DNA of 64,000 nucleotides from an uncultured delta proteobacterium (GTDB lineage: Bacteria > Myxococcota > Kuafuiibacteriia > Kuafuiibacteriales > Kuafuiibacteriaceae): assembly GCA_963803435.1 (NCBI GenBank), contig CAWDML010000001.1:1664001-1728000 (forward strand), given 5' to 3'. Positions 63,154 through 64,000 of this stretch are shown here, in pieces. Position 1 is the stretch's first letter. The number at the start of each line of letters is the position of its first letter. Under the pieces are notes generated by a model. The model saw only the letters and a program-made list of their open reading frames with translations. It searched no databases and had not been told where the DNA came from. Both the position numbers and the translations under genes were made by a program.

Positions 63154-64000
63154 TCAGAGTCTCAGAGCGCCCTCGGCGATCAGGCTCGCCTTCACGCCCT
63201 CCCGGTAGCTCGGATACTCGAGCGCGCCGATCAACTTCTCGCGGACGAGCGAGCGGCAGCGCCTCCCTCCCAGCCGCATCTCGATCGCTGCCGGCGAGAG
63301 GACCCGCTTCGCGTCCTCGAGCGCGACCGGGGCCGGCGCGACGATCCCGAGGAGCTCGCACGTGTACCGCGCGACGTCGAGCGTCGGCGCCGGGAGCTCG
63401 TCGCACGCGACCACCAGCGGAGGACCCTTGGGCGCGAGCGTCGCCTCCAGGAGGCGCGCCAGATCCTCGACGTGCACGCGGCTGGTCGGCGGGCCGCCGT
63501 CGAAGAGAATGAGCGCCTCTTTCTGGAGCGACTCCCGCAGGGTACGGCCCGGGCCGTAGATTCCGGCGATCCGAACCACCCGCAGCGGCAAGCCGGCGGC
63601 GGCCAGCGCCCGCTCGTACTCGAGGCGGGTGCGACCCTTGCCGCCGACGCTCCGCGGAGGCGTGCTCTCATCGACCCACGCCGTGTCGTCCTCGGGTCTT
63701 CCGAACGCGCCGGTGGTGGACCCGTAGACGAACGCACCCAGCTCGGGGCCGACCGAACGGGCAATCCGCTCCACCTCCACGGAGATGGCCTCGTGGGTCG
63801 GGGGCGGCGCCAGGTGCACGATCACCTGGGCGTCCGCGAGGGCCGCGCGATAGGTCTCCGCGCGATCGCGATCGAGCAGCGCGACCTCGGCGCCGAGCGC
63901 GCGCAGGCTGGCGAGCTTCGGCTCGGTCGTGGTGGTGGCGCGAACCTGATCGCCCTTCGCCAGGAGCCGCCGCGCCAGCGCGCGGCCCGCGTATCCACAC
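63154..64000 (-). CDS. NAD-dependent epimerase/SDR-like protein (5' end outside window)
   Basis: Frame is open to the window end (CGYAGRALARRL...); 'YGSTTGAFG', 'RIAGIYGPGR', 'SRVHVEDL', 'YPSYREG'. Confidence 0.85.
   Translation of the reverse strand, partial: CGYAGRALARRLLAKGDQVRATTTTEPKLASLRALGAEVALLDRDRAETYRAALADAQVIVHLAPPPTHEAISVEVERIARSVGPELGAFVYGSTTGAFGRPEDDTAWVDESTPPRSVGGKGRTRLEYERALAAAGLPLRVVRIAGIYGPGRTLRESLQKEALILFDGGPPTSRVHVEDLARLLEATLAPKGPPLVVACDELPAPTLDVARYTCELLGIVAPAPVALEDAKRVLSPAAIEMRLGGRRCRSLVREKLIGALEYPSYREGVKASLIAEGALRL

Overview
GC-rich bacterial chromosomal window, most likely Myxococcota (MYXO-CTERM sorting tail, PilZ-Hsp70 fusion, Pkn-type kinase, many lipoproteins). It holds about 50 densely packed genes. 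Housekeeping genes include ftsH, tilS, hutU, thiolase/hbd, pyrB/pyrC-like, sucCD, an isocitrate dehydrogenase-family gene and a sugar ABC transporter. Signalling genes include an adenylate cyclase, a sigma54 activator, an HDOD protein, a kinase, a Cpx-like TCS and a hybrid histidine kinase. I saw no rRNA, tRNA, CRISPR array or mobile element. The stand-out signal is missed by the ORF track. A DsbA-like lipoprotein gene (9947-10741) is split by an in-frame TGA exactly at the first Cys of its CxxC site (UPFC), with a SECIS-like hairpin 11 nt downstream, and is followed by a tandem Cys-containing paralog (CPFC) that lacks the hairpin: a Sec/Cys enzyme pair. Other points: a frameshifted M36 protease, a probable pseudo-dihydroorotase, a TetR with no canonical start, many apparently leaderless genes, two sigma54 promoters and a protein with a T3SS-filament-like C-terminus. 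All family calls are from motif recognition by eye; no database search was run.
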